NCBI GenBank assembly: GCA_963789395.1
Contig: CAWBKP010000006.1
Location: forward strand, 1 to 64,000
DNA: 64,000 nucleotides
DNA from: an uncultured delta proteobacterium
Lineage (GTDB): Bacteria > Desulfobacterota > Desulfobacteria > Desulfobacterales > Desulfatirhabdiaceae
Direction: 5' to 3'
Part shown: positions 32,467 to 43,092 of the stretch, piece after piece
How positions within the stretch are numbered: the first letter of the stretch is position 1
Layout of the letters: every line of letters starts with the position of its first letter
Notes under the pieces: model-generated
Databases searched by the model: none
Told to the model about the DNA's origin: nothing
Seen by the model: only the letters and a program-made list of their open reading frames with translations
Program-made: the position numbers and the translations under genes

Positions 32467-34089
32467 CAATAAGGCGGCTCGTTTTCCTGAGAAGGATGTT
32501 GCAGGGCGTGTTTCTGCTGTTTTTTCTGTTCCTGCTGACGGAAACCCGGCTTCCCCGGGATGTTTTTCTGGACTATTCCCGGGAAATCGCCGGGCCCGCG
32601 GACATCCGCCTGCATCTGCCAATCATGTTTTTCTTTGATATGGACCCGTTGATATGGCTGTCCACGACCCTTGCCACGCACAGGTGGCTGTCCGGCGCCG
32701 GCTGGGCCCTTGCCGTTATCGGCCTGACGCTTGTTTTCGGCCGGTTTTTCTGCGGCTTTGTCTGCCCTTTCGGTACCCTTCACCATGCCGTCGGTGCTGT
32801 CCGACCCGCTGTCAGGAAAAAGCAGGCCGTACCCCGGAACGAAAAAACACCCTGGCAACGACTGAAATACGGGCTTCTGGTGATGGTTCTGGTGTCCGCC
32901 CTGTTCGGGCTGAATCCTGCGGGGTTTCTGGATCCGATCGCGCTCTTGTTCCGCTCCCTTGCCCTTTCCATTCTGCCGGCCGCAAACATCGGCATCAAGG
33001 AGGTGTTTGATGCCATGGCGGCCAGCGACATCAAGATCCTGAATCTGTTCAGCTACAGTGCGGAAGTCCTTGTCTCGCCCGTGCTTGGTTTCGGCTATCC
33101 GGCCTATCAGACCGGGTTTGCCATCGGTCTGATCGTGCTGGTCCTTTTGTTTCTGAACCGGCTTTTCCCCCGGTTCTGGTGTCGCGTGCTGTGCCCCCTG
33201 GGGGCGCTTCTGGGGCTGCTGTCCGTTAAAAGCCCGCTGAATCTTGTTCAGGATGAGAGCCCGGTGCACGACCTGTAACCGCTGCATGGCGTCGTGCCAG
33301 GGCGCGGCCTCTCCCCGGCCCGGTTTGAAATGGGAGGCTGCCGAGTGCGTCCGCTGCTTCAACTGCCAGCATGTCTGCCCGGAGGATGCCCTTTCGTTCC
33401 GGTTCATTCGGCGGGAATCTCAGAAGCAGTCGCCGGATATGGGACGGCGGGCGGTGCTGTCCGGGCTTGCGGCGGGTGTGGCTGTTCCACTGCTCAGCCG
33501 ACTGGACGGTCAGATTCACCAGGCATCCGATCCCCGGCTGATCCGGCCGCCGGGGTCCTTGGTCGAAACCCGGTTTCTGGAGCGCTGCCAGCGCTGCGGC
33601 TTGTGCATGAAAGCCTGCCCGACAAACGTCATTCAGCCGGCCCTCGGGGAAGCAGGAATTGCCGGCATCTGGACCCCGGTGCTCAACATGGGGATCGGGT
33701 ATTGTGAGTATTCCTGCACCCTGTGCGGCAGCGTCTGCCCGACTGGCGCCATTCAACTGATTACGGGAAAGGAAAAGATCGCCGGCCCCGTCCGGATCGG
33801 TTCGGCGTTCGTGGATCGGGGCAGATGCCTGCCCTGGACGGAAAACGGCGCGTGCATCGTCTGCGAGGAAGTCTGCCCGACATCGCCAAAAGCCGTTATA
33901 TTCCGGGAGGCCGACGTTACCGGTTTCGGTACGGAGCGGCTCCGTCTCAAGCAGCCTTATGTCAACCTGCGCCAGTGCGTGGGATGCGGGATCTGCCAGA
34001 ACAAATGCCCGGTCAAGGGAATGCCCGCCATACGGGTGATTGCTGCAGGTGAAACCCGCTCTCCACAAAACCAGATTCTGCTCGTCTGA
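32463..34089 (+). CDS. membrane-bound polyferredoxin (NapH/MauN plus NapG/MauM-like fusion), frameshift near 33270
   Basis: GRFFCGFVCPFG, RFWCRVLCPLG, RPPGS and multiple CxxCxxCxxxCP motifs. Confidence 0.85.
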
Positions 34090-34101
34090 AGAGGAAAACC
34101 G

Positions 34102-34641
34102 ATGCTGAAAAATACCACCGACAGCTACGGGTTGATAGCCCGGCTTTTTCACTGGATTATTTTCCTGATGGTCACCGGGATTATCATCGGCGGAAATATC
34201 GCCGCGGATATGCCGAATGGGCCGGGTAAAGCGGAAATGATCGGAATGCACAAGTCGTTCGGTTTTATGATTCTGGTCTTTGTGCTCCTTCGCCTGATAT
34301 GGCGCCTGGTCAATCCGAGGCCCCGCGATTTAGGGACAAGCGGCTTTCAGAACAGGCTGGGTCATGCCATGCATCTCTTTTTGTATGTCCTGCTGATGCT
34401 GCAACCCGCTGTCGGAATCCTGATGTCCCAGTCCTTCGGCTATCCGGTGACGCCGTTTCATCTGTTCAGCCTGCCGACTGTTGTGAATGAAAATATCCGG
34501 CTGGGAAAAATACTGCTTGAAATTCACGAAACGCTTTGGGTGGTGCTGGCGATATCCGTCGGCATCCATGCCGCCGCCGCGCTGAAACATCATTTTATTG
34601 AAAAAAACCGCACGCTCATGCGGATGATTCTGGGAAGATAA
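34102..34641 (+). CDS. cytochrome b561 (YceJ/CybB family)
   Basis: RLFHW, HKSFG, IHAAAALKHH...TLMRM. Confidence 0.9.
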   Translation: MLKNTTDSYGLIARLFHWIIFLMVTGIIIGGNIAADMPNGPGKAEMIGMHKSFGFMILVFVLLRLIWRLVNPRPRDLGTSGFQNRLGHAMHLFLYVLLMLQPAVGILMSQSFGYPVTPFHLFSLPTVVNENIRLGKILLEIHETLWVVLAISVGIHAAAALKHHFIEKNRTLMRMILGR

Positions 34642-34745
34642 AGAGGGGGCAGAAAATGACGACACATCCGAAGAAAACCTGAAAAATACTTCCCATGGAA
34701 TAAAAGGAATGCCCTGGCGCTAGCGGATTCAGCCGGGTCATCAAC

Positions 34746-36733
34746 TCACCGAATCCACATGACGGCTTTCTTGACCTGTTCGTTCAGAACCTGTTTGAGT
34801 TCGCCGAGGATATCCTCCGCCAGTTTTTTCTTCCAGACAGGGTCGGACGCCATCTGCTCGGAGATGGCGTAGCGGAGTTTTGACCGCTGTGCTGACAGGA
34901 CTTGCGCCAGCTTACTGTCCGGAAGCACCCATTTGCGGGCAAATCCCGGCAGATCCCGATCCTTGATTTTCTCCGTGACGGCATCAACGCCGTACCCCGT
35001 AACGATCGCGCCGATGACGGCCGCAATCACCTGGCCCGCTATCGGCAGGTGAAACAATGCCAGACCCGTACCGCCGGAAGCCATTCCGACAATGATTCCC
35101 GCCAGCACGCTCGTCAGGACGATGATTTCATCGCTTCGAATGAGTTGATCCGCGTTAAAGGGGGGATGAACGATCGAGCCCACGCCTGCGGCGATGTCCC
35201 GGTCTCTGAGATCCAGCACGCTGCGCGGAATATCGAACCGCCTGCAGACGGGATCCGTGAACTCCGTAAGGGCCGGCAGCAGCTCGTTGTTCAGCCAGAT
35301 ATCCAGTTTTTTTCTGGCATCCTCCCCCGAATCCTTCCGAGCAGATTTTTTTTGCGATTCTCGATATCCGGCAAAATGTCGTTCAGGGTTCTTAATTGGC
35401 CGTCGCGCCACGCGGCCAGTGAGGGGCCGATGGCATGGGAAATCAGTTCGTCGGCAAGGGGTTCCGCCAGACTGTCGATCAAGCCGGGAATCCGCTGCGC
35501 CACAAGCGCGCTGATATCAATGGAATCGCCGAGGGTTTCAATGGCCTGCTTCAAGCCGTTCGACAGGATATCGGTCCGGCCGATTCTGGCCAGTCCTCTG
35601 GCGATCGTAAATTCCGGCTCCATGCCCCGGATGATCTTTCCCGCCGATGAAAATACCTGCCTGCAAAGCTCCAGGACAACGGCCATTCTGGAAGCGCCGC
35701 CGGTTAAAACAACCAGGTCCGGTCCGGCCATCGCCATCCTGCTTTCGGCATGTTCCAAGGCCGCGCGAAACGCGTCTTTCCAGCTTTGGCCGTTTAACGC
35801 CTTTATGGGAATGGCCAATATCTTCTCCATTTCATCCCGATGGATACAGGGCTCAAATTCAATCGGGGGGGTGACGGTTCTGAATTTGAGGCTGCAATCC
35901 ACAGGCTGGTCTTTGGACAGGTAAAGCTCTGGAATGGAGAAATATTTTTCCTTGCCTTCGCGGCAGGCAATGAGGCACTGGCGCTTGAAATGCGGAAATT
36001 TCTCGAAAATATCCTCAAGTCGCCGCAGTTCGACAAGATTTTCTTTTTCCATGCGACGCAGGGTTCTTTCAAATATCATTTCTTCAATCAGGCTTGCGCC
36101 CAGACTGAGACCGAAATCCGCAATGGGGTGGGCTTCCATGCGGCTCACGAGGGTGAAATCCGTTGTGGAGGAACCGATATCGATGATCAGCACGTTTTGC
36201 ATCAACCGCTCGGCATCCACATCGGATGTTCTGGATTCCTTCAAGTGCAGAAACGCAGCCCGTGATTCCTTTTCAACCATGACGCGTTGCATTCCCGCCT
36301 GCCTCAGCAAGTCCGTATATGTGCTGCGTTCGGCGTCCGACCAGCCGGAGGGGGAGCCCACAACAAAAAGGGTGTTGCCCGGTCCGCCGATCTGAGTGTT
36401 TTCTTCAAGTATGTCCAGGTATTTTCTGACAAAGCGTTTTACGATGCGCTGATGTTCCGGGGAATTGAGTGTGTGGCGCATGGGTTTAAAACCGATGTGA
36501 AGCTCGGTGATGCCCGTGGTCTTTAGTGCCTGATCCCCGACCAGATCACCGCTGCCTGGCTTGAATGCCAGTGCCGTCACCTGGCTTTTCCGGGCGAAGA
36601 TTTCAAGCATCTCAGGCTCCGAATCATTGGCCAGAGAAGATACCCTGGCCAGCGCGGTTTCGCCGTGTCCGAAATCAAACCCCACGATATCCCTGTTTTC
36701 GATGTCCATATCCATATCAACCCCGGAGTTCAT
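34746..36733 (-). CDS. atypical Hsp70-family actin-fold ATPase with C-terminal helical and membrane-hairpin region, frameshift near 35350
   Basis: VGFDFGHGET, ESRAAF, IIDIGSSTTD, LTGGASRM, IARGLA; Gly-rich hydrophobic hairpin in the 34746-35411 frame. Confidence 0.8.
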
Positions 36734-37617
36734 AAAGGCGCGGCAACCCGGCCGCGAAGCAGAACGCGGTTTCCCTTGATAAATGCCGGCCGGATGGTCA
36801 TATGGCGGGTGATCGACGGGTCGGGGCCGGGTTCAATATCAAAGGATATGGCATCCGCCGCATCCATCGGATCAAATTCCTTTACGGCAATTCCCTGCTC
36901 CCATAATATCGCCTGGATATGGGATATTTTTTTTAAGGCCCAGTCGCCGTCATGAAAGGCTTTGGCCTCAAACAGATCCTGAAACAGCTTCAGGATCTGC
37001 GTTTCCTTATCCAGAAAGCCGCCTTCTTTCCGCGATGTCTGTTCATCCAGGGCTTTATCGGCATAGGACAGGGCATCGGCGATACAATTGAGAAACGCAT
37101 GCACATGGGCGATTTTAAGCTGAACTTCGATTTTTCGCATCTCATCCGGTATCAGGGAATTTGAAGCGGCGGCAGATACGGACCCTCTCCAAGCAAAAAC
37201 ATGCAGATAAATTTCCGTCCCCAGGAGAATGAGCACCAGCAGAACCGGAATCCAGGGGGCCGGTTGGATCGAAAGCAGTGTCATCAAGAGGATAAGGATC
37301 AGGGCTGATTGCACGGTTTTTCCGAAGATAAAGATGCGCTTTGAGGCCTGCCCGGGCCCGGTTTCAGAAGGGCTGAATTCAGCTATCTGCACCGCTTTGT
37401 CAACTGAGTTCAGCGTCCGGAGAGTATACCGGAGAATTTCAAGCAGATAGCCGGCATGCCGGGATTTTTGAAGGGAATATTCGACGGTTATGTTCCGATG
37501 AAGGCTGCTCAAATAGCTTTCCGTTAAATTCACCGCTTCTTCAAGGGACCGTGCCGCATCGATCCTTTTGCCAATCTCGATTTTGTCACTGTCAAAATGC
37601 GTGAGAAGATTTGTCAT
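36730..37617 (-). CDS. membrane protein with GrpE-like C-terminal domain
   Basis: Two TM segments; C-terminal ILWEQGI...FDP...TIRPAFIKGNRVLLRGRV resembles the GrpE head; ATGA overlap with the Hsp70-like gene. Confidence 0.6.
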   Translation of the reverse strand: MTNLLTHFDSDKIEIGKRIDAARSLEEAVNLTESYLSSLHRNITVEYSLQKSRHAGYLLEILRYTLRTLNSVDKAVQIAEFSPSETGPGQASKRIFIFGKTVQSALILILLMTLLSIQPAPWIPVLLVLILLGTEIYLHVFAWRGSVSAAASNSLIPDEMRKIEVQLKIAHVHAFLNCIADALSYADKALDEQTSRKEGGFLDKETQILKLFQDLFEAKAFHDGDWALKKISHIQAILWEQGIAVKEFDPMDAADAISFDIEPGPDPSITRHMTIRPAFIKGNRVLLRGRVAAPL

Positions 37618-38087
37618 GATGCTCCCTGCTGAATGCCGAACAGCTTGCAACTGATTACCGGGTGCCGGTGTGCCAATTAGAAATGACATGGATACAGCAC
37701 TGTGCTGTTTAAAATATTTTTTGAAAATCATCAAGAACAAGCGTTATTTGATGCAAAAGCGCTATTGACAGAAACGGAATATTTTTTTAACCTTATAAAG
37801 CATAAAAAGGAGAAAAATAATATATTTAATTCACTTTGAATAAACCGCCGGTTACCGGCTGGGGAAACCAGCAGGTATGGGTTCGGTTATCTGCTGTCTC
37901 CCACTTCTGAAGTCTTCATGTGTTCACGGAATCTTTTGCCTTGCTCTGCATTGTCTTGCCGCCAGCATATTAATTATGCGTTGGACTCAGACGTTTCCGC
38001 GGTCTCAGACTGTTCAAGATAATTAAACTGTCCTTCCGCGGAGAACGGATGGTTGAATCAGCACCCATTATTCCGTGAGGATCATAC

Positions 38088-38870
38088 ATGCAGAAAACTG
38101 AACATCAATTCCAACAGGCCAGCCAAGAAGAGGCAATTATAAGCCTTACTGGCAGAATCATTCATGATTTGAATAACACATTATCATCCATCCTGGGTTT
38201 TGCCGAGCTTGTTAAAATGGGGTTAAGTATTGGCGAAAATGTGGATAAAGATCTGGGAGACATTCTATCAGCCGGCTTGAAAGCAAGAGATTTGGTCAAT
38301 CAGTTGTTTATTTCCAATCGCCAGGTCAGTGTCCAGAAAATGTCGGTCGAGATCACACTGCTTATCAAAGAATCCATCAAACTGATCAGGGCATTATTAC
38401 CCGCTTCAATTGAAATCAGTTTCCGGCCGGGTGTCTTTAAGGGATTTATATTGACCGATCCAGTTCAATTCCATCGTATACTGATTATATTGTGTTCCGT
38501 AGTTTCACATACCATGAAAGAGAAAGCCGGGTTGATAGAGATCCGCCTGCAACATATGCGCATTGGTGACAAGACCGTCCTGCAACATATCAATCTGATT
38601 CCAGGCCGATATCTTCAGATGAGCATCGGCGATGCAGGACATGATATGCCCAAGGACACCACAGCACATTTGGTTGTCCCGTTGTCCACTCCAGTGAGAG
38701 AGGATCTGTTTCCAGGGCTTTCTCTGGTTCGGGGAATGGTCAGAGAAATGGGAGGAGCTATCCCGGTGTGCAATGAATCTGAAAAGGGAACCATTTTTCA
38801 TATTCTTTTTCCAGAATATGAGAAGAAATCAGGTGAGGAGTCCAATGGCTCGATTATTGATCATCGATGA
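38088..38870 (+). CDS. sensor-less histidine kinase-like protein with degenerate ATPase domain
   Basis: H-box IHDLNNTL present; N, G1, F and G2 boxes degenerate. Confidence 0.75.
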   Translation: MQKTEHQFQQASQEEAIISLTGRIIHDLNNTLSSILGFAELVKMGLSIGENVDKDLGDILSAGLKARDLVNQLFISNRQVSVQKMSVEITLLIKESIKLIRALLPASIEISFRPGVFKGFILTDPVQFHRILIILCSVVSHTMKEKAGLIEIRLQHMRIGDKTVLQHINLIPGRYLQMSIGDAGHDMPKDTTAHLVVPLSTPVREDLFPGLSLVRGMVREMGGAIPVCNESEKGTIFHILFPEYEKKSGEESNGSIIDHR

Positions 38871-40248
38871 CGATGTCGAAATCTGCAGGATTCTCTCCAG
38901 GCTGATCGAGAGCATGGGGCACGAGGCCAGTGCTTCTCATTTGCTTGATGAAGGGCTCAAGCTCGCAGTCACCACTCCGTATGATGTCATTCTGCTGGAT
39001 CTGGAATTCCCCGAAGGAAACGGACTTCAAAACTTGCCGGAGCTGTTAAAAGCCCCTTCATCACCCGAAGTGATTATTATTACAGGGACCGGAGACCCCT
39101 GCGGTGCGGAACTCGCATTTAAATACGGTGTATGGGATTTTATCCAGAAGCCATTCACCCTTGATGAGGCATCCCTTCCCATTACCCGTGCACTCCAGTA
39201 CCGCAGTGAAAAGGGGGCGTCAAAACCACCTGTTTTTCTCAATCGCGCAGACATCATCGGTAATTCAGATGCGATTCGTATCTGCCTGGGGGAAATCGCC
39301 AGAACCTCTGTTACGGACGCCAGCGTGCTGATTACCGGCGAGACTGGCACGGGTAAAGAGTTGTTTGCAAAGGCCATACACAAAAACAGTTCAAGATCAA
39401 AAGGGCCGTTTATTACAGTGGATTGTGGTGCCCTGCCCGAAACGCTTGCCGAGAGCACCTTGTTCGGCCATGAAAAAGGCGCCTTTACCGGCGCTGATAA
39501 AAAACAGGACGGATTGATCCTGCAGGCGCGAGAGGGAACTCTTTTTCTCGATGAAATCGGTGATCTTCCCTTGAATATTCAGGCATCCCTTCTCAGGACA
39601 CTTCAGGAACGTCGCATCCGCCCAGTGGGTGGTAAGCGGGAACTGCCGGTTGATTTCAGGCTGGTTTCCGCGACAAATCGGGACCTTGATCAAATGGTGA
39701 AAGGAAAAACCTTCAGGGACGACCTTCTTTTCCGGATTCGCGCAATGGCGATCATCCTTCCGCCGCTGCGGGACCGCATACAGGATCTGCAGGAAATCGC
39801 ACTTCATAAAATCCACGAAATGGGTCAGCGGTATGGTCTCGGTTTGAAAGGGGTATCCTCGGATTTTTTAATGCACTTGACGGCGCATCATTGGCCCGGA
39901 AATGTCCGGGAACTCATCAATGTATTGGAATATGCGCTGGCGGCAGCCGGACAAGACCCCACACTGGTGCCCAAACACCTTCCGCCCGCATACCGGATCA
40001 CCCGCCTGGAATTTGATTCCGGCCCCGCCAAAAGCGCCGTTGAGATAGAAGCTGGAACACCGGAGTCCCCTGCTGAATTCCCCTCTTGGTCCGCATATCG
40101 GCAACAGTGCGAAGAAAATTATCTTCGCATGCTGCTGGACAAAGCCGGTGACAGCCGTGAAAAGGCCTGCAATCTTTCTGGAATATCCCAGTCCAGACTG
40201 TATGATCTGATAAAAAAACACCACCTTTCCGCCTTTCGTTCTTCATAA
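38845..40248 (+). CDS. sigma54-dependent response regulator (NtrC family)
   Basis: REC, GETGTGKE, GAFTGA, LFLDEIG, WPGNVREL, C-terminal HTH. Confidence 0.95.
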   Translation: MARLLIIDDDVEICRILSRLIESMGHEASASHLLDEGLKLAVTTPYDVILLDLEFPEGNGLQNLPELLKAPSSPEVIIITGTGDPCGAELAFKYGVWDFIQKPFTLDEASLPITRALQYRSEKGASKPPVFLNRADIIGNSDAIRICLGEIARTSVTDASVLITGETGTGKELFAKAIHKNSSRSKGPFITVDCGALPETLAESTLFGHEKGAFTGADKKQDGLILQAREGTLFLDEIGDLPLNIQASLLRTLQERRIRPVGGKRELPVDFRLVSATNRDLDQMVKGKTFRDDLLFRIRAMAIILPPLRDRIQDLQEIALHKIHEMGQRYGLGLKGVSSDFLMHLTAHHWPGNVRELINVLEYALAAAGQDPTLVPKHLPPAYRITRLEFDSGPAKSAVEIEAGTPESPAEFPSWSAYRQQCEENYLRMLLDKAGDSREKACNLSGISQSRLYDLIKKHHLSAFRSS

Positions 40249-40279
40249 CCCCCTCTCCATGCAGGTCTGTTTTTCCTTT

Positions 40280-40295
40280 TTCCTGTAAAACGGAA
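40280..40295. promoter_or_regulatory. putative enhancer (UAS) palindrome, repeated near 42951-42966
   Basis: TTCCTGTAAAACGGAA and TTCCAGTAAAACGGAA about 100 bp upstream of each sigma54 promoter. Confidence 0.5.
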
Positions 40296-40392
40296 ACCTG
40301 TTTCCAATAAAATCATCCGTAATTTTGCTGAATGTCGATCTGAACAATATACAACTGTCTGATATTGTATATTTTTTTAACAGCATGTTTTT

Positions 40393-40408
40393 TGGCATGC
40401 TATTTGAA
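40393..40408 (+). promoter_or_regulatory. sigma54 promoter with variant -12 element
   Basis: TGGCATGCTATTTGAA (GG-N10-GA), homologous to the 43054 copy. Confidence 0.55.
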
Positions 40409-40431
40409 ACACAAACATCAATGTTAATGTT

Positions 40432-40525
40432 TCGTCTGATAAAGGCAAACCATCCGAAAGGGTGGGACGCAAAACTCCTGGCCTGATTTCCTATCTGGAA
40501 AAGGTGGCAGGGTTGCCGGGCGGGA
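40432..40525 (+). ncRNA. c-di-GMP-I (GEMM) riboswitch
   Basis: AAAGGCAAACCATCCGAAAGGGTGGGACGCAAAAC...GGCCTG...GGTGGCAGGGTTGCC matches the GEMM consensus; G at the Vc2 G20-equivalent position. Confidence 0.88.
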
Positions 40526-40580
40526 ATAGGCACTTTCTTTAATGCCTTTCTGCACGGAAAGCATTTAAAGGAGGTGTTTT

Positions 40581-42797
40581 TTGAGTATTATAAGTGCTAT
40601 TTCACGTTTTCGCCCCGGGTTTATTCCACAATTTTCAATATTCCTCTGCCTGTTTTTTTTGATTTGTATCGGGCCTGCCAGTACCCAGGGTCTGGCAGCC
40701 CAGGTGACGCTGGCCTGGGATGCCAATACGGATCCGGCTGTGGCCGGTTATAAACTGTATTATGGATATGCCTCCCGAACCTATGGCACACCTGTGGATG
40801 TCGGAAAGGTTACTCAGTACACTCTGACCGGCATCCAAGAAGGGAAAAACTGCTATTTCGCAGTTACGGCCTATGATGCAAGCCGGAATGAGAGCGCGTT
40901 TTCCACGGAACTGGAATGTTTTACGCTGGTGCCTGCCCCGGCTGTCAATGGCGTCATAAGCCCTTCCAGTGCGGTAGTGGTCAGTCGCGGCATGGGTCAG
41001 AGTTTTACGATAACGCCGGCAGCCAATTACAAAGTCTCTGACGTGTCAGTTGACGGAGTATCCATGGGAGCGGTCACCACCTGTACATTTTCCAATGTAA
41101 CGGCCAATCACACCATCTCTGCCAGCTTTACTTCCAGTACCGCCATCACCTCTCCAACCACTTACTCCATCACGTCTTCTGCGGACGCCTACGGCGCCAT
41201 CTCGCCCGCGGGTTCTGTTTCGGTGAATTCTGGTGCCAGCCAGAGCTATACCATCACGCCTTCTGCCAATTACAAGGTATCCACTGTCCTGGTTGACGGG
41301 GTATCCGTGGGAGCGGTTACCAGCTATACATTTTCCAGTGTGGCTGCCAATCACACCATCGCTGCCAGCTTTGCACCTGTCAGCAGCACATACACTATCA
41401 GTGCATCCGCCGGCTCGGGGGGCAGCATTTCTCCTTCTGGAATCGTTCAGGTTCAAAATGGTGCCAGCAAGGTGTTTACAATGAAGCCGAACCGGAAATA
41501 CAGTGTCGCCGAAGTGCTTGTCGACGGATCTTCTGTTGGGGCTGTGACCTCTTATACATTTTCCGGTGTTCAGGCCAATCACAGTATTTCCGCGACCTTT
41601 AAAAGTAGTAGCACCTCTAAGAGTCCTAAAACGTCGAGCATCGTCGGCCGGTCTTCCCGGACAGCTTCTTCCAGCAATTTTCTGGCCTTCAGCAGCCTCC
41701 TTCAGCAGCCTGAAATTGTTTCCAGCAGCTGTCTTCTTGCCGGCAGCGGCGTGCTTCCTGGCAGCGGCGGGTGGATCGAAGTGCTGGATCCCCAGGGGAA
41801 CCAGGCAGCGCTTCCCGTTCATATTGACTGGCCGGAGTACAACAATCTCAGCGGAGAAATGCGGATCGCCACCGGAGACATTGACGGCGACGGCCTGGAT
41901 GAAATCGTTGTGGGGCTGGGACCGGTACAGGGTGCTCCCGGCATTCCCGGCGGGTATTTTGCGGTGCTCGATGACGATTATTCGGTCTTGGCCTGGGGCC
42001 AGGTGGAATGGCCGGAGTACAATGCAATCAACGGCGAGACCCGGCCTGCCTGCGGCGATATCGACGGAGACGGCATCGATGAAATCATTGTCGGGCTTGG
42101 TCCCGGAGGAGAGGGCCGCCTGGAGGTGTTTAAATTGGTGGATCACCAGCTGAAACATGTCAAGTGGCTGCAGACCGGCTGGCAGGATTACAACAGGGGC
42201 AACGGCGAGACCCGGCCTGCCTGCGGCGATCTGGACGGAAACGGCACGAAAGAGGTGATCGTCGGACTGGGGCCGGTCAGCGGCAACCCGGATATCCCGG
42301 GCGGCGTCTTTTTCATCTTTGATCACACATCGGCCGGGAGTGCGGATCTTCGGGATTCCAGCCAAAGCGACGCCAGCGGCTGGGGCGTGATCAGCTGGCC
42401 GGACTATAACCGTATCAACGGGGAGAGCTGGCCGGCCTGCGGGGATGTCAACGGCGACGGCAAGGAAGAAATCGTGCTGGGTCTGGGCAAACAGGGCACA
42501 GGCCGGTTCGAAATACTGGGGTGTGACCTGGTGCAGAACAGTACCCGGCATATCGCCTGGCAGCAGAGTCTTCTTTCCGCAGGTGCGGAAGTCCGCCCTG
42601 CCTGCGGTCATTTGGAGTCGGATGGCGAAGATGAAATTGTCATCGGATACATAAAAGACGGCGTTGGTATCATGGAAATATTTGGAAACGCCTCTCAGGA
42701 TTTTCAGCCGCTCAGACAGGTGCAAACGCAGTTCAAGGCTTTCCGGAATCAGAAGAGCCAGATCTGGCCTGCTGTTTTTCACCCGGAAAACCAATAG
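40581..42797 (+). CDS. secreted FN3 + InlB-B-like repeats + FG-GAP repeat surface protein
   Basis: Signal peptide, VTLAWD...YFAVTAYD...ES (FN3), three repeats ending YTFSNVTANHTISASF-like, five GDIDGDGxDE-type motifs. Confidence 0.85.
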   Translation: MSIISAISRFRPGFIPQFSIFLCLFFLICIGPASTQGLAAQVTLAWDANTDPAVAGYKLYYGYASRTYGTPVDVGKVTQYTLTGIQEGKNCYFAVTAYDASRNESAFSTELECFTLVPAPAVNGVISPSSAVVVSRGMGQSFTITPAANYKVSDVSVDGVSMGAVTTCTFSNVTANHTISASFTSSTAITSPTTYSITSSADAYGAISPAGSVSVNSGASQSYTITPSANYKVSTVLVDGVSVGAVTSYTFSSVAANHTIAASFAPVSSTYTISASAGSGGSISPSGIVQVQNGASKVFTMKPNRKYSVAEVLVDGSSVGAVTSYTFSGVQANHSISATFKSSSTSKSPKTSSIVGRSSRTASSSNFLAFSSLLQQPEIVSSSCLLAGSGVLPGSGGWIEVLDPQGNQAALPVHIDWPEYNNLSGEMRIATGDIDGDGLDEIVVGLGPVQGAPGIPGGYFAVLDDDYSVLAWGQVEWPEYNAINGETRPACGDIDGDGIDEIIVGLGPGGEGRLEVFKLVDHQLKHVKWLQTGWQDYNRGNGETRPACGDLDGNGTKEVIVGLGPVSGNPDIPGGVFFIFDHTSAGSADLRDSSQSDASGWGVISWPDYNRINGESWPACGDVNGDGKEEIVLGLGKQGTGRFEILGCDLVQNSTRHIAWQQSLLSAGAEVRPACGHLESDGEDEIVIGYIKDGVGIMEIFGNASQDFQPLRQVQTQFKAFRNQKSQIWPAVFHPENQ

Positions 42798-43053
42798 CAA
42801 ATAAGCATGAAATATCAGATCCCTCCTTGTTAAGGGGGGGCTGACAATGACTCTCCGGAACATCACGGACAAGATTGTGCGGTCATTAGCGCCGTCTTTC
42901 CGGTTTTGTTCTTCATATCCGCCGCTCCATGCATCTCCGTTTTTCCTTTTTCCAGTAAAACGGAATGCTGTTTTCTGAAAAATCATCCGGGTTCTTGCCG
43001 AATATCAATTCGGAAAAAATGTAACATCCTGATATATTGTTATAATTGAATAT

Positions 43054-43069
43054 TGGCATCTTTATTGCT
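43054..43069 (+). promoter_or_regulatory. sigma54 promoter
   Basis: TGGCATCTTTATTGCT (GG-N10-GC). Confidence 0.8.
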
Positions 43070-43092
43070 AAACGGTCTTCATCGATATATTC

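Noticed and set aside
40432..40525. cGAMP-sensing GEMM-Ib riboswitch
   Set aside because: The specificity position equivalent to Vc2 G20 is G, which fits c-di-GMP
41046..42986. 646-aa minus-strand ORF, and similar long antisense ORFs such as 28165-29331, 59658-60881 and 17935-18909
   Set aside because: Shadow frames opposite well-supported genes, with no recognisable motifs
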